64,000 nt of DNA from Octopus sinensis (lineage: Eukaryota): assembly GCF_006345805.1 (NCBI RefSeq), contig NC_043004.1:91822001-91886000 (forward strand), read 5' to 3'. Positions 24,826 through 37,133 of the stretch are shown here, one piece after another. Position 1 is the first letter of the stretch; every line of letters begins with the position of its first letter. A program made the translations under genes and the position numbers. Below the pieces are notes generated by a model that was not told the DNA's origin, searched no databases, and saw only the letters and a list, made by a program, of their open reading frames with translations.

Positions 24826-24944
24826 TACTATGGTATATTCTTTTAAGGATGTAGTAGACTACAGTATAAAGCTCGTCCACCTTCAGATTTCATCCTGTGC
24901 TAACCATTAATAGTATTATACATACTTTCAGGTTTGCGTTTTCA

Positions 24945-25340
24945 GTTATACATGCATGCATACATACATACATACATACATACATACATACATACATACA
25001 TACATACATACATACATACATACATACACACATGCATACATACATACATACATACATATTTACATACATACATACATACATACACACATACATACATACA
25101 TACAAACACACATGCATACATACATGCATACATACATGCATACATAATACATACATACATGATGCACACATGCATACATACATACATACACATTTACATA
25201 CATACATACACACATGCATACATACATACATACACACGTGCATACATACATACACACATGCATACATACATACACACTACATACATACATACATATACAT
25301 ACATACATACATACATGCATATATATACACATGCATATAT
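24945..25340. repeat. (TACA)n microsatellite
   Basis: Direct inspection. Confidence 0.92.
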
Positions 25341-26336
25341 GGGTACAGGACGTCACCAACGGTACAAATAACATGAAATACGTGAACAATGAGATAGAAT
25401 GGAAAGCAAGACAAGTTAACACAGAGAAAGGACCCTTCATCAGTTGGCTGCTATCTGCTACTCATTTCGAGTATTCAACGACAATATAAGTTTTCAAAGA
25501 CAGTTGCTCCCATTGATTCTAAAATAAAATTTTGGGTTTATGGAGGGTCAAAGTTGGGAACAGAAAATGATAGGGGAAACATACAAGGATACCGAACGAA
25601 AAACATAGAGGGTCGTTAGACCAGAACGAGAGGAAAATAGTGAACGCTGGGAGAAACATCTTTTTGTAAAGAGGAAACATCGAAGAGAGAGAGAGAGAGA
25701 AACACGTCCGTTCATTTCAACGTTCGTGCAGGAAAAGAAAGATGGACGATGGTCATGAGTGAGCAATGAGAGAGAGAGAAAGAGGGAGAGAGAGAGAGAT
25801 AGAAAACGGTGAAGGAAGGAGTGGGAGAAAAAGGGATTAGAGAAGGATGGATGAAGAAAATAGTATAGAATAGAGAGTGGCATCAAAACGGTGAAGATAA
25901 TCTTACATGGAAATGGATGCGTCGCGTTCAATTAAATAATAAATTATATATATATGTGTGCGCGTGTGTGTGTGCGTGTGCGTGTGTGCGTGTGTGCGTG
26001 TGTGTGTGTTTGTGTGTGTATACATATACATATGTATATATGGGTAAGGACGTCACCAACGTCATACATGTATATAAGGAGAAGTCTATGCAGTAACAGT
26101 TCATAGTAGTAAAGTTTATTTGCCAACTGTTGAAAAGTGGTTTCCTCCCTTTGGTGTGATGTATGACTGACGTTGTGCTGTCGTTGCTGCTTTTTTGCGT
26201 TAGTAGCCACAATAGTTTCACAAGACAGCAACTAGAATTGTCGACTCTCAACTCTTCGACTCTCCACCCTCTCTTGACGACCGGTTACTGGTCTATCTAT
26301 TTTTACGGGGAGAGGTATATAGTTTCACTATGGAAT

Positions 26337-26720
26337 GGAAGCACTCCGTCGGTTACGACGACGAGGGTTCCAGTTGATCCGAATCAACGGAACAGCCTGC
26401 TCGTGAAATTAACGTGTAAGTGGCTGAGCACTCTACAGACACGTGTACCCTTAACGTAGGTCTCGGGGATATTCAGCGTGACACAGAGAGTGACAAGGCC
26501 GGCCCTTTGAAATACAAGTACAACAGAAACAGGAAGTAAGAGTGAGAGAAAGTTGCGGTGAAAGAGTACAGCAGGGATCACCACTATCCCCTGCCGGAGC
26601 CGCGTGGAGCTTTAGGTGTTTTCGCTCAATAAACACTCACAACGTCCGGTCTGGGAATCGAAACCGCGATCCTATGACCGCGAGTCCGCTGCCCTAACCA
26701 CTGGGCCATTGCGCCTCCAC
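26337..26720 (-). mobile_element. SINE family R, tail type a (..CGTAACCGACGGAGTGC)
   Basis: Near-identical to 29977-30364 and 57786-58168. Confidence 0.9.
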
Positions 26721-26744
26721 ACAGTTTCACTATAGAACACCAAC

Positions 26745-27630
26745 ACATCGTGGCAGTCCTGCATAGGACTATGTTATTACTTTTTATCCCCAGGAAAACA
26801 TCTTTTCCAGCTGGTTATCGACACATGATATATGTTCGAGACATACTATAAGTAAGGGGGCTTACTACTCCATCCATCCTAGCCATTAGCAGTACCAGCA
26901 GACCAATGGTTTCTGTGTAATCTCCTGTCTCCGGTGCTGCAGAACCGCCTGGCTAGAGACAGCAGCCACCTGACCTAACTCATAGTATATACTTATCGAA
27001 ATGCCTGATAGTTTTAAATCACCGAATGATTACTGTCTAGTAACAGTACCGTGCAGTAAAATTTATTTGCTAACATAACGTAGCAGTCCTGCATAGGACT
27101 ATGTTACTACATCTTAACCCTAAGAAAACATCTTATCGATTTATGATCTGTGTTCGAGACACAGTGTAAGTGAGGGAGTTTACTACTCCCTCTAGCCGTT
27201 AGCAGTACAAGCAGACCAATAGTTTCGAGGTAATTTTCCGTCTTCGTTGCTGGACAACCGCTTGGCTAGACCCAGCGGTCAGCCGATCTTACCCAAAATC
27301 TCATTCAGAGATTTAAAACTAGTTGTTTTTCTCCTTACGAGATCAGTGACTTTCAGTAACTTCGATAAGTATATACTGTGAGTAAGGTCGAGTGGCTGCT
27401 GTCTCTAGACAATTGTTGTCCAGCACCGAAGATGCGAAATTACCCAGAAACCATTGGTCTGCTGGTACTGCTAACGGCTAGAAGGGTGTAGTAAGCCACC
27501 TTACTTACAGTATGTCTTGGACACAGATCATGTATCGATAACCAGCTAGAAAAGATGCTTTCCTGGGGTTAAAAAGTAGTAATATAGTCCTATGCAGGAC
27601 TGCCACGTTATGTTGGCAAATAAACTTAAC
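26745..27630. repeat. Cluster of three MITE-like copies (two forward, one inverted)
   Basis: Shared TTATTTGCCAACATAACGTGGCAGTCCTGCATAGGAC end at about 26745, 27060 and (inverted) 27630; related ends at 61920-62560. Confidence 0.65.
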
Positions 27631-27800
27631 TATATATATATATACCGGAGTAAACACATAAATGTGAAACAAGGTGGAAAAAATTTTAACTATATATATA
27701 CATATATATATATATCTATATATATATATATATATCTATATATATATATATAGATATATATATATATATATATATAAAAGCAACAGAAATTCAACAAAAG

Positions 27801-27838
27801 CTGTTACTCGGAGTTTCACGTTCCCGTTCGTCGGACAG
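27801..27838 (-). ncRNA. Minimal hammerhead ribozyme motif (U4C core variant), extended helix I 27777-27862
   Basis: Minus strand: CTGT-CCGACGA-ACG GGAA CGT-GAAA-CTCCGAG-TA-ACAG; flanking 24-nt arms are inverted repeats. Confidence 0.55.
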
Positions 27839-27866
27839 TTTTGTTGAATTTCTGCTGCTTTTAAAA

Positions 27867-27932
<66 letters not shown>

Positions 27933-28215
27933 AAATTTACAGAAAGCAAAAGATGAAGATAGGTGAAGGAACGACAAGCAGGTTTATTAGTTTAACGCTC
28001 GGCAATAATGGAAAAGTCTTAGACGTTTCGAGCCTACGCTTTTCGACAGAAGGGATTATGAGGAAAAATTTCAAAGAATAAAAAAAATAAAAAACAGTGA
28101 GAGAAAAATGTGTAGGGATTAACTGTTCATACCCCTGTCACAAAAGATTAAAAAATATTATTAATATGATGATATGAAGTATATAAATGTTAATATATAT
28201 TATTAAAATATGTTT

Positions 28216-28442
28216 TTAACATTCATTATAGATCAGTTCTTTTTCAGCTTTGTCAAGTCTGTTGTTTGAAGCGGGTACTTTATACAGGATACATTGAAAT
28301 TTTCCATACTTCGAAGGTCTGATGCTAAAAGTGCTGCAGAAATTTCGACTGTGACAAAATATAGCACATTCCAGTTGAGATCTGACAGTACAAGAGGTGA
28401 ATGACTGTATCATCTTCGTACGAGTAGATTTGCAGTATTTCC
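28216..28442 (-). CDS. Exon 4 (last coding exon) of FTP-PAN lectin-like gene: PAN/apple domain
   Basis: Pyrimidine-rich acceptor ..TTAAAG|GG AAA TAC TGC, phase 1; SCTVRSQLECAIFCHSRNFCSTFSI..QCILY has PAN cysteine spacing; TAA at 28216-28218. Confidence 0.75.
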
Positions 28443-28811
28443 CTTTAATTGAGAAAAAAGCAATTAGAGAAATTAAGACAAGAAATTAAAGAGAGAAACG
28501 TAATTAAAAAGTTTTCTTTCTTAATATACAACACATTCATAAATGCACACACACTCACAAACATTTAGTCGTCACTAATTGTGACTGTATGTACCACAAG
28601 TACATATATTGCTAAAAAAAAAAAGAGTTGAACTATGTATAGCTACGTAAAAGTACATTTATATAGACTGACGGGTAGATAACTGCCCCATGGACTGCAC
28701 AGTTTTATCCTACTGGGAATTATCATCAGTGTGCCTTCATTGCCTATATGGAACAGCTTATTCTCCCTGTCAGTATATGTATACATACATATATACATAC
28801 ATACATATATA

Positions 28812-28891
<80 letters not shown>

Positions 28892-28982
28892 GTATGTATG
28901 TATGTATGTATGTATGTATGTATGTATGTATGTATGTATGTATGTATGTATCTATCTATCTATCTATCTATCTATATATATA
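28812..28982. repeat. (TCTA)n/(TATG)n microsatellite
   Basis: Direct inspection. Confidence 0.9.
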
Positions 28983-28984
28983 TA

Positions 28985-29710
28985 AAAATTTAAAGTAAAC
29001 AGTAAATGGAGAAATATTGATCAACAACAATTGACTTACATCAATTATTATTTTTTTTAATTCAATACAAATAGACTGTATCCCATCTAACAGCTGTTTC
29101 TGTTTCCAGTGTTATATGGTATTACCATTGATATTCTAAAAATAATATTCATCATATCAGGTAATAAATCCGATCTGGAACATGGAGTTTCATCTGAGTG
29201 AAGAAAAATAAATATATAAAAGAAAAGAAAAGAAGAGTCTCGAGGGGAAAGGAAAGGTTTAATATGTTTAAATCATACCATTGTGCTACTTTGTTTTATT
29301 ATTTATCCACCCTATTACCTCCATAGAAAAATTAACCCACCAATTACTATTTTAAGTTTAGTCGTTTACTCAACGTCCAAAAACTACACACAAGCACAAT
29401 GGTATGATTTGAACATAATAAGCCTTTCCTTGTCCTCTCGAGGCTCTTCCCTTCTTTTCTTTTCTTTTCTTTTCTTTTATGTAAATATTTTTCTTCACTC
29501 TGATGAAAGTCCATGTTCTAGATCGGATTTATTACCTGATATGATGAATATTATTTTTAGAATATCAATGGTAATACCATATAACACTGGAAACAGAAAC
29601 AGCTGTTAGATGGGATACAGTCTATTTGTATTAAATTAAGAAAATAATAATTGATGTAAGTAAATTGTTGTTGATCAATATTTCTCCATTTTCTGTTTAT
29701 TTTAAATTTA
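28985..29710. mobile_element. Fold-back/MITE with about 300-bp inverted arms
   Basis: 28996-29290 is the reverse complement of 29390-29698; spacer about 100 bp. Confidence 0.8.
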
Positions 29711-29868
29711 ATTCCTGATAAACTCATGCTTATCTTAGTCATTACCTGTAATCTATGAGCATAATATACTTGCATATGTATGTCAGGATTAACATAGATA
29801 ATTATACTGGTAGTATAACGGATACTTTTATCCTTAGACGGTTATTCCAACCTCTAACTCTACTAACC

Positions 29869-29923
<55 letters not shown>

Positions 29924-29935
29924 TATATATATACA

Positions 29936-31612
29936 CAGAGGTTGGACAAAATAATGGAAATACCTAGCATCATAGCGGGGGGAAGCACTCCGTCGGTTAC
30001 GACGATGAGGGTTCCGGTTGATCCGAATCAACGGAACAGCCTGCTCGTGAAATTAACGTGTAAGTGGCTGAGCACTCCACAGACACGTGTACCCTTAACG
30101 TAGTTCTCGGGGATATTCAGCGTGACACAGAGAGTGACAAGGCCGGCCCTTTGAAATACAGGTACAACAGAAACAGGAAGTAAGAGTGAGAGAAAGTTGT
30201 GGTGAAAGAGTACAGCAGGGATCACCACCATCCCCTGCCGGAGCCTCGTGGAGCTTTAGGTGTTTTCGCTCAATAAACACTCACAACGCCCGGTCTGAGA
30301 ATCGAAACCGCGATCCTATGACTGCGAGTCCGCTGCCCTAACCACTGGGCCATTGCGCCTCCACTAGCATCATAGCATCAACATTTTGAAATATCTACAA
30401 AACCGTCAAAAGCTTGTTTATTTTTATGTTTTTTTGATTTATTATCAGTGTTGCTTAATATTTTTTGCTAAAATTGCTGTTTCTTTTCAGATATAATCAG
30501 AAAAAGGTAATTAAAATCTCTTAAAATGACAGATCTATCGGACTTTCAAAGAGATCAAATTGTTGGTGCTCATATGGCAGGTGCTAGCGTAACGAAAACA
30601 GCTGGAATGTTTGGTGTTTCAAGAAGTACTGTCTCGAAAGTAATGACAGCCTTTGAGAAAGAGGAAAAAACCTCCTCATCGAAACAAAAGTCCGGAAGAA
30701 AACCAAAATTTTAAGATAGGAAGCGTCGAACTCTGATGCGAATTGTTTGAAAGGATCACAAAAGTACAGCTTCCAAAATTACTGTAGAGCTTAATGACCA
30801 CCTCGAGAACCCAGTTTCCACAGAAACTGTTTGCCGGGAGCTGCACAAAGCCGGATTTCATGGGAGGGCTGCAATCGGAAAGCAACTGCCTTCAAAAACA
30901 AACGTTGTAAAGCGTTTAGAGTGGAGTAAAAACCTACAGAATTAATGGCTAGAGGAGTGGAAGAATGTTATTTTTTCGGACAAGTCATCCTTTAGCTTAT
31001 TTCCGACCACCGGCCGAGTATACGTGTGAAGACAGCCAAAAGAAGCATTTGACCCAGACTGCCTTCTTCCAACTGTTAAACATGGAGGAGGATCTGTAAT
31101 GATCGGTGGTGGGGCTATATCTTGGAAATCCGCCGGCCCAGTGGTTTCCCTTCATGGCAGAATTAATAGTGAAAACTATTTAAGCATTTTATCTGATTAA
31201 ATCCATCCTATGGTTGCAGAACTGTTTCCAGAGAGAAACGCAATCTTTCAGGATGATAATGCACCAATTCACACAGCTAAAGTTGTTACTGAATGGCATG
31301 AGGAATATTCTAGTGAAGTTGAATATCTTATCTAGCCACCACAGTGCCCAGATCTCAATATTATTGAACATTTATGGTGCATTTTAGAAAAACAAGTAAG
31401 GAGTCGATCTCCTCCACCATGATCACTACAAGAACTGGAGACTGTTTTAGCTGAAGAATGGACAAAAATTCCTTTGGAAACAATTCAAACTTTGTACGAG
31501 TCCGTACCTCGTAGAATTCAAGCTGTAATTACAGCCAAAGGTGGTCCTACTTCATATTAAAATAAATTTGTTTGAAATTTTAAGGCGTTTCCATTATTTT
31601 GTCCAACCCCTG
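29936..31612 (+). mobile_element. Tc1-family DNA transposon, transposase pseudogene 30526-31560
   Basis: TIRs CAGAGGTTGGACAAAATAATGGAAA / TTTCCATTATTTTGTCCAACCCCTG; MTDLSDFQRDQIVG, SGRKPK, VIFSDKS, FQDDNAPIH, PDLNIIEHLW; internal stops. Confidence 0.92.
29977..30364 (-). mobile_element. SINE family R (tail a) nested in the Tc1 element
   Basis: Flanked by the duplication CTAGCATCATAGC (29964-29976 and 30364-30376). Confidence 0.92.
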
Positions 31613-31670
31613 TGTGTGTGTGTGGTGTGTGTGTGTGTGGTGTGTGTGTGTGTTGTGTGTGTGTGTGTGT

Positions 31671-31703
<33 letters not shown>

Positions 31704-31793
31704 ATGTATGTATGTATGTATGTATGTATGAATGTATGTATGTATGTATGTATGTATGTATGTATGCATGTATGTATGTATGTACGTATGTAT
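31611..31793. repeat. (TG)n/(TATG)n microsatellite
   Basis: Direct inspection. Confidence 0.9.
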
Positions 31794-32632
31794 GAATGTT
31801 TACTATATATATTTATGGTTTATTTAGCGAAATGCTAAATCGTAGAGTATAAAATTAATGAGAGCAGCTCAGTGCAATATAAACTGTATAGGCAATGTTG
31901 TGCCGTATAGGCATTAATTGTGACTGTTTGTACTACAAGCACATATGATGCTAGAAACAAGAGTAAAACCACTTACAGTTGCGTAAAAGCACATTTGACA
32001 GAGAGAATTAACTATTGAGCAAGCAGGGATATTTAGTCATTACATCCAATGTCACAGTTGACTAGAATAAGGAAATTCTGATAAATCGGAACACTGCCTA
32101 GAGCAGAACTCTTGCAGAGATTCTAGCTTTTGGAGCTACCTCTCTGAGCCGATTTTTAGTTATAAAAGCACCACATCTGAGGCACCTAAGGTAGAGCGCC
32201 AGAGCTGTGTGACAGAGCACACACAGCATTAAAAGTTGCTACACATATTGCTGGGAGAGCACACTGAAAAAATGACCTGGCTGAACAGATGACTTGTTGA
32301 CTTGACTACTGATCGTCAACTGATTGCCCTGTCTGTCTCTAACAGTCACACGAAGAAAAACAACACCTCAACTCTCCACAATTTGGTCGTTCGTCGTAAC
32401 GATATCTTCTCTTGTAAACGAAGAAAATAAATACCTCCTTAATTGAAAATCTCTCAACCAAGTTTTTGTCTTTATCATTTCGACATCTTATTTACAGTTC
32501 CATATTGGCAATGGAGGCACACTTTTGACAATTCTCACTAGGATGAAACTGTGCAGCCCAGTGATCTGGCTTTGCTTCTCTCGTGGGGCAATTATCAATC
32601 CTGTCAGTATATATAAATGTACTTCCTTGCAC

Positions 32633-32733
<101 letters not shown>

Positions 32734-32764
32734 CATACAAATAAATGAAAGAATGGTATCGGTT

Positions 32765-32831
32765 AACTGTCCGACGAACGGGAACGTGAAACTCCGAGTA
32801 ACAGCTTTTGTTGAATTTCTGTTGCTTTTAA

Positions 32832-32862
<31 letters not shown>

Positions 32863-32911
32863 ATATAGTTAAAATTTTTTCCACCTTGTTTCACATTTAT
32901 GTGTTTACTCC

Positions 32912-32956
<45 letters not shown>

Positions 32957-33319
32957 GTTAAGTTTATTTGCCAACATAACGTGGAAGTCCTGCATAGGAC
33001 TATATTACTACTTTTTAACCCCAGGAAAGCATCTTTTCTAGCTGGTTATCGATACATGATCTGTGTCCAAGACATACTGTAAGTAAGGTGGCTTACTACA
33101 CCCTTCTAGCCGTTAGCAGTACCAGCAGACCAATGGTTTCTGGGTTATTTCGCATCTTCGGTGCTGGACAACAATTGTCTAGAGACACCAGCCACTCGAC
33201 CTTACTCACAGTATATACTTATCGAAATTACTGAAAGTCACTGATCTCGTAAGAAGAAAAACAACTAGTTTTAAATCTCTGAATGAGATTTTGGGTAAGA
33301 TCGGCTGACCGCTGTGTCA
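32765..33319 (+). repeat. Inverted copy of 27273-27840, flanked by a 13-bp direct repeat
   Basis: Reverse complement of 27273-27840 apart from TA-tract lengths and a few substitutions; GGTATCGGTTAAC at 32755-32767 and 33320-33332. Confidence 0.88.
32767..32804 (+). ncRNA. Minimal hammerhead ribozyme motif (U4C core variant)
   Basis: CTGT-CCGACGA-ACGGGAACGT-GAAA-CTCCGAG-TA-ACAG. Confidence 0.55.
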
Positions 33320-33373
33320 GGTATCGGTTAACCGAATTATCCATAATAAGATAATTCATTCAACTACTTAATT

Positions 33374-33462
<89 letters not shown>

Positions 33463-33868
33463 TTTAGGGGAAAAGTAAAAAGATACAAGGAAAATGCATA
33501 CTAGGTATAAAAGTAATGACTTAAAAAAAAAAGAAACAATGATATATACATACAAATAAATGATTTGAGGTGGAATTAAGAAGTATAAAAATCAGTATTA
33601 TGAGTCATTATTGAAAGTCATACCGGTTTCGCCATAGCTAGTCACTGACTTTGAATCAACACTGATTTCCGAACGGTGATGGGTCTAATAGTACCTGAGT
33701 GAAAAGATTGCATGCAGGGGCGAGGGATTAGCAGTTCTGAACGTGATGCAATTAAGTTAGGCATGATTACTAGAATTTGAAGGGTATATGGGATGTATGA
33801 GGATAAGTGGGATTATTGGTATTAGTAAGGTTAGTAGTGCCTTGTATTAAGTTGTGTTTTCATGTTAA

Positions 33869-34148
33869 GTTGTGGTCAATATTTATTAATGAAAGTTGCC
33901 TCTTTATTCAGTCTTTGCTGCACTGACGTGTTCTCGGAACATTGATAAAAATGGAAAATTAGCAAGTTTGGTTTAAGGTTCCTAGCAAATCTATGTGTTC
34001 ACTGACCTGTATCTGTCTATACTGTGGGAAACCAGGAGCCTTAAACTAAACTTCCTAATTTTCCCTTTTTATCAATGTTCCCAGAATACCTCAGTGCAGC
34101 AAAGGCTGAATAACGAAGCAATTTACATTAATAAATATCAACCACAAC
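33869..34148. mobile_element. MITE-like imperfect palindrome (arms about 115 bp)
   Basis: GTTGTGGTCAATATTTATTAATG..CTTTGCTGCACTGA versus TCAGTGCAGCAAAG..CATTAATAAATATCAACCACAAC. Confidence 0.7.
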
Positions 34149-34340
34149 TGAACTAGTGAGAATTTTCCTTGTTTCTTTTTACTTGTCCCCTATTCATACC
34201 ACGTGCGGTCTTTTTTTCTTTGAAACCTGTTTCTATTATATATATATATATATACATCTAATATAGGATAAAATGTTTCGAAAAAAATTCTATCAATGGC
34301 CACCTTATTAAAAAATACTTATAAATGTTAAATTTATAAA

Positions 34341-34592
34341 CAACTTATAAACAAGGACAAAAGTGTTTGCTTCTTCCATGGGTATAAGTAAGTATTTCAT
34401 TTTATCGCCGACGAGGAGACAATTCTTATGAATTAACTCTGAAATTAGGACCGATACGATAATAACGGAATTTTTTAGAAATTTCTGTCGGCTTACTTCG
34501 AGACGCGTGCTAATTGTGATAAATTGACGATTTGTCTATTTTCGGCATATTTGACATTAGAATTTTTTTCTTTTGCCCTTGTTTATAAGTTG

Positions 34593-34593
<1 letters not shown>
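34341..34593. mobile_element. Short element with 22-bp inverted termini and an internal hammerhead-like motif
   Basis: CAACTTATAAACAAGGACAAAA / TTTTGCCCTTGTTTATAAGTTG; TATCG-CCGACGA..GAAA..CGATA at 34403-34456. Confidence 0.6.
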
Positions 34594-34625
<32 letters not shown>

Positions 34626-34878
34626 TATATATACATACATACATGCATACATATATACACATACATACATTATATATTTATGTGCTTTCTGTTGGGATTA
34701 ACTTTATATATATATATATATTATATATATATATATTTGTTGTGCAGATATTTTATGTGAATCGTGTGATGAAACAGATATTGTGTATTTAAGAATTTAA
34801 GAATGGTCATTTTGTCAGTTTAGCCAATAAAATCACACGCACTATATATTTGGTGTTACTTTGCTTCAGTGTTACGAG

Positions 34879-34964
<86 letters not shown>

Positions 34965-35885
34965 TTTTTTTGAGAAAAATGTATTTTGTAACTTTTACGT
35001 AGTTTAATTCTTCGAATTTTAACCAATCGTATTCTCTGTTTTGACCTCAATTCATTTCTGCCATGTTATTCGTCCTTATCCATGTCTTCTGTCTTCAAAA
35101 GCTTCGCGCATGTTTATTTCAATGTCATCCATGACTTACGGAACGATTACCTGTGTGTGTGTGTTTTTGTTGTGTATGTGTGTGCGTGTGTGTGTTTGTG
35201 TTATTGTTGTGTATGTGTGTGCGTGTGTGTGCTTGTTGTGTGTGTGTTATTGTTGTGTATGTGTTTGTTGTGTGTGTGTGTGTTTGTTGTGTATGTGTGC
35301 GTGTGTTGTGTATCTCTTAAATCGATGAATTTCGTCGCCCAATAAAAATATTAACGATATCAAAGTTCAAAAAATATCGTTAATATTTTTATTGGGCGAC
35401 GAAATTCATCTATTTAAGAGATACACAACACACGCACACATACACAACAAAAAACACACACACACACATACACAACAAAAAGACACACACACACATACAC
35501 AACAAACACACACATACACAACAATAACACACACACACACATATCAAACACACACACACACACATACACAACAATAACACACACACACACAACAAAAACA
35601 ACAAAAACACACATACACAACAATAACACACACACGCACACAACAAACACACACACGCACACACATACACAACAAAAACACACACACACAGGTAATCGTT
35701 CCGTAAGTCAGGAATGACATTGAAATAAACATGCGAGAAGCTTTTGAAGACAGAAGACAGAAGACATGGATAAGGACGAATAACACGGCAGAAATGAATT
35801 GAGGTCAAAACAGAGAATGCGATTGGTTAAAATTCGAAGAATTAAACTACGTAAAAGATTACAAAATACATTTTTCTCAAAAAAA
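34965..35885. repeat. About 920-bp near-perfect palindrome (fold-back), 13-nt loop at 35361-35373
   Basis: Left arm 34965-35360 and right arm 35374-35885 are reverse complements; each contains a degenerate TG/CA tract of different length. Confidence 0.92.
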
Positions 35886-36575
35886 ATAATTGAAATTAAT
35901 GTTTTCTTTTGACACATTCTACCTGTATACGAAGTTTCAAATTATTTAGTTAAGTAGAAAATTCTGTCCATCTTTTAGAAAAGATTCAAAGAGGAAATTC
36001 TGTCCATCTTTTAGAAAAGATCCAAAGACACTCACCAAGCTGCCTTGCAGTGGTACTGAAACCAAAATCATGTGGTTGGGAAACAAACTTCTTACCAGAC
36101 AACCACACCTAAGCTTACATACGTATGAATATAACTATCACTCTAAATGAAAAATGGCAAATTTCTAATCTGTAGATACTTTGAGAAAATGTTCTCTTCA
36201 TACAATATTTTGCTAATGAAGTGTAATTACGAAATTGAGGTACTGTGAATGTGAAATTGAGGTGTTGTGAATGTGAAAAGATTTTCTGAACTATCCGTAT
36301 GTGAATGACGTGTATAATGATGACGATGTTTTAGCTCCGTAAAATTTTTGTTTCAAATAAACGTTATTTATTGTATTGTGGAAATTTAAAAAATCAATGT
36401 GTTACTATGTTTACGAGATTATTTTTTATGTGTGCTGTGTTATCAGACATATAAGCAGATAGTCCAGTCATGGCCATTCCATCTTTTATATAGTTATAGT
36501 ATGTCCATATTATACAATTTAGCTATCGATTTTAAGACAGTCGGCTATGATTTCAAGCTGTGATTTGTGATTTAG

Positions 36576-36980
36576 GCAGTGCCGTCTTAAAGTATTGATG
36601 CATGGGACAGTTGCTCGGGGCCACCACATGTCTTATGGGCCCAGTTATGATCTACATATATATGTGGCTTGCTGTCAATAAATACTGTAGAGTCTTATGC
36701 AATAATTACTGGGGCACATAATGCTACTAAGATGGTGGCACCACCAAAAGTCTTAGGGGGCCAATTATGACTTAAGAATGTATGTGGTTTGCTGTGAATA
36801 AATACTGTAGGGCCTTATGCACTGATTTCTGGGGCCCATGATACTATTAAGAAGGCGGAACAAACTATAAGTCTTAGGGGCCCAATTATGATCTATGTAT
36901 GTATGTGGCTTGGCGTCAGTAAATACTGTAGGGCTCTGTGCACTGATTTTCTCTGGGGCCTATAATGCTGCTGAGGCCAT
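36576..36980. repeat. Three tandem units of about 120 bp, possibly derived from a GGGGCCC-type non-autonomous DNA transposon
   Basis: GTCTTA(T/G)GGG(G)CCC..AAATACTGTAG recurs at 36630, 36750 and 36871. Confidence 0.7.
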
Positions 36981-37133
36981 GGATTTCGGTACTATTTTCG
37001 AGGCTTGCATTTTAAGTGGTTGATATGTTGTTACTCATGAAGTCAAACGTCTGCATGCAAGGGCAAATTGTGGGAGTAAATTTTAAAATCTGGCTTAAAA
37101 CTGTACCTTGATTTGCATTTCCAACTGCTATAC

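Noticed and set aside
27995-28055. Minus-strand CTGTCGA..GCGTAGGC..GAAACGTC hammerhead-like motif
   Set aside because: Core A6 is absent and helix I does not pair; at best a decayed relic.
31913-31997. Repeat of about 85 bp matching 28573-28660, as evidence of a duplicated exon 4
   Set aside because: No second PAN-like exon is found at the corresponding distance.
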